From Nostoc sp. (lineage in GTDB: Bacteria > Cyanobacteriota > Cyanobacteriia > Cyanobacteriales > Nostocaceae), in NCBI GenBank assembly GCA_036918135.1, contig JBALDB010000056.1:32001-96000 (forward strand): a stretch of DNA of 64,000 nucleotides. Direction: 5' to 3'. The notes under the pieces are model-generated. The model saw only the letters and a program-made list of their open reading frames with translations. It ran no database searches and was not told the origin of the DNA. How positions within the stretch are numbered: the stretch's first letter is position 1; every line of letters begins with the position of its first letter. A program made the translations under genes and the position numbers. Shown here in pieces: positions 63,999 through 64,000 of this stretch.

Positions 63999-64000
63999 TT

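Overview
64 kb of a filamentous heterocyst-forming cyanobacterial chromosome (Nostoc-like): frequent HIP1 GCGATCGC, heptamer STRR repeats and the fraCDE/fraF locus. Core genes (acnB, purN, cobO-like, ferredoxin, fraCDEF) are interleaved with large signalling proteins (multi-PAS hybrid kinase, LOV hybrid kinase plus diguanylate cyclase, RcaC-like regulator) and several accessory modules. The most unusual are: (1) an NdbB-like quinone reductase paired with an HTTM (vitamin K carboxylase-like) membrane protein carrying an embedded DCC thiol-disulfide domain, possibly an undescribed quinone-driven modification system; (2) an orphan protein with a contractile-injection-system cargo-type N-terminus and an unknown C-terminal payload; (3) a near-perfect CIRCE box in front of a gene of unknown function; (4) an ~11 kb block between cobO and fraC with a tnpB/group II intron remnant at one end and an internally deleted group II intron at the other; (5) an NspV-like restriction-modification pair; (6) a NERD nuclease-helicase split at an A8 run next to an xisH-xisI deletion fusion; (7) an M50-type peptidase plus TPR pair cut off by the window edge. 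No rRNA, tRNA or CRISPR array was seen. All family assignments come from motif recognition by eye; no searches were run.
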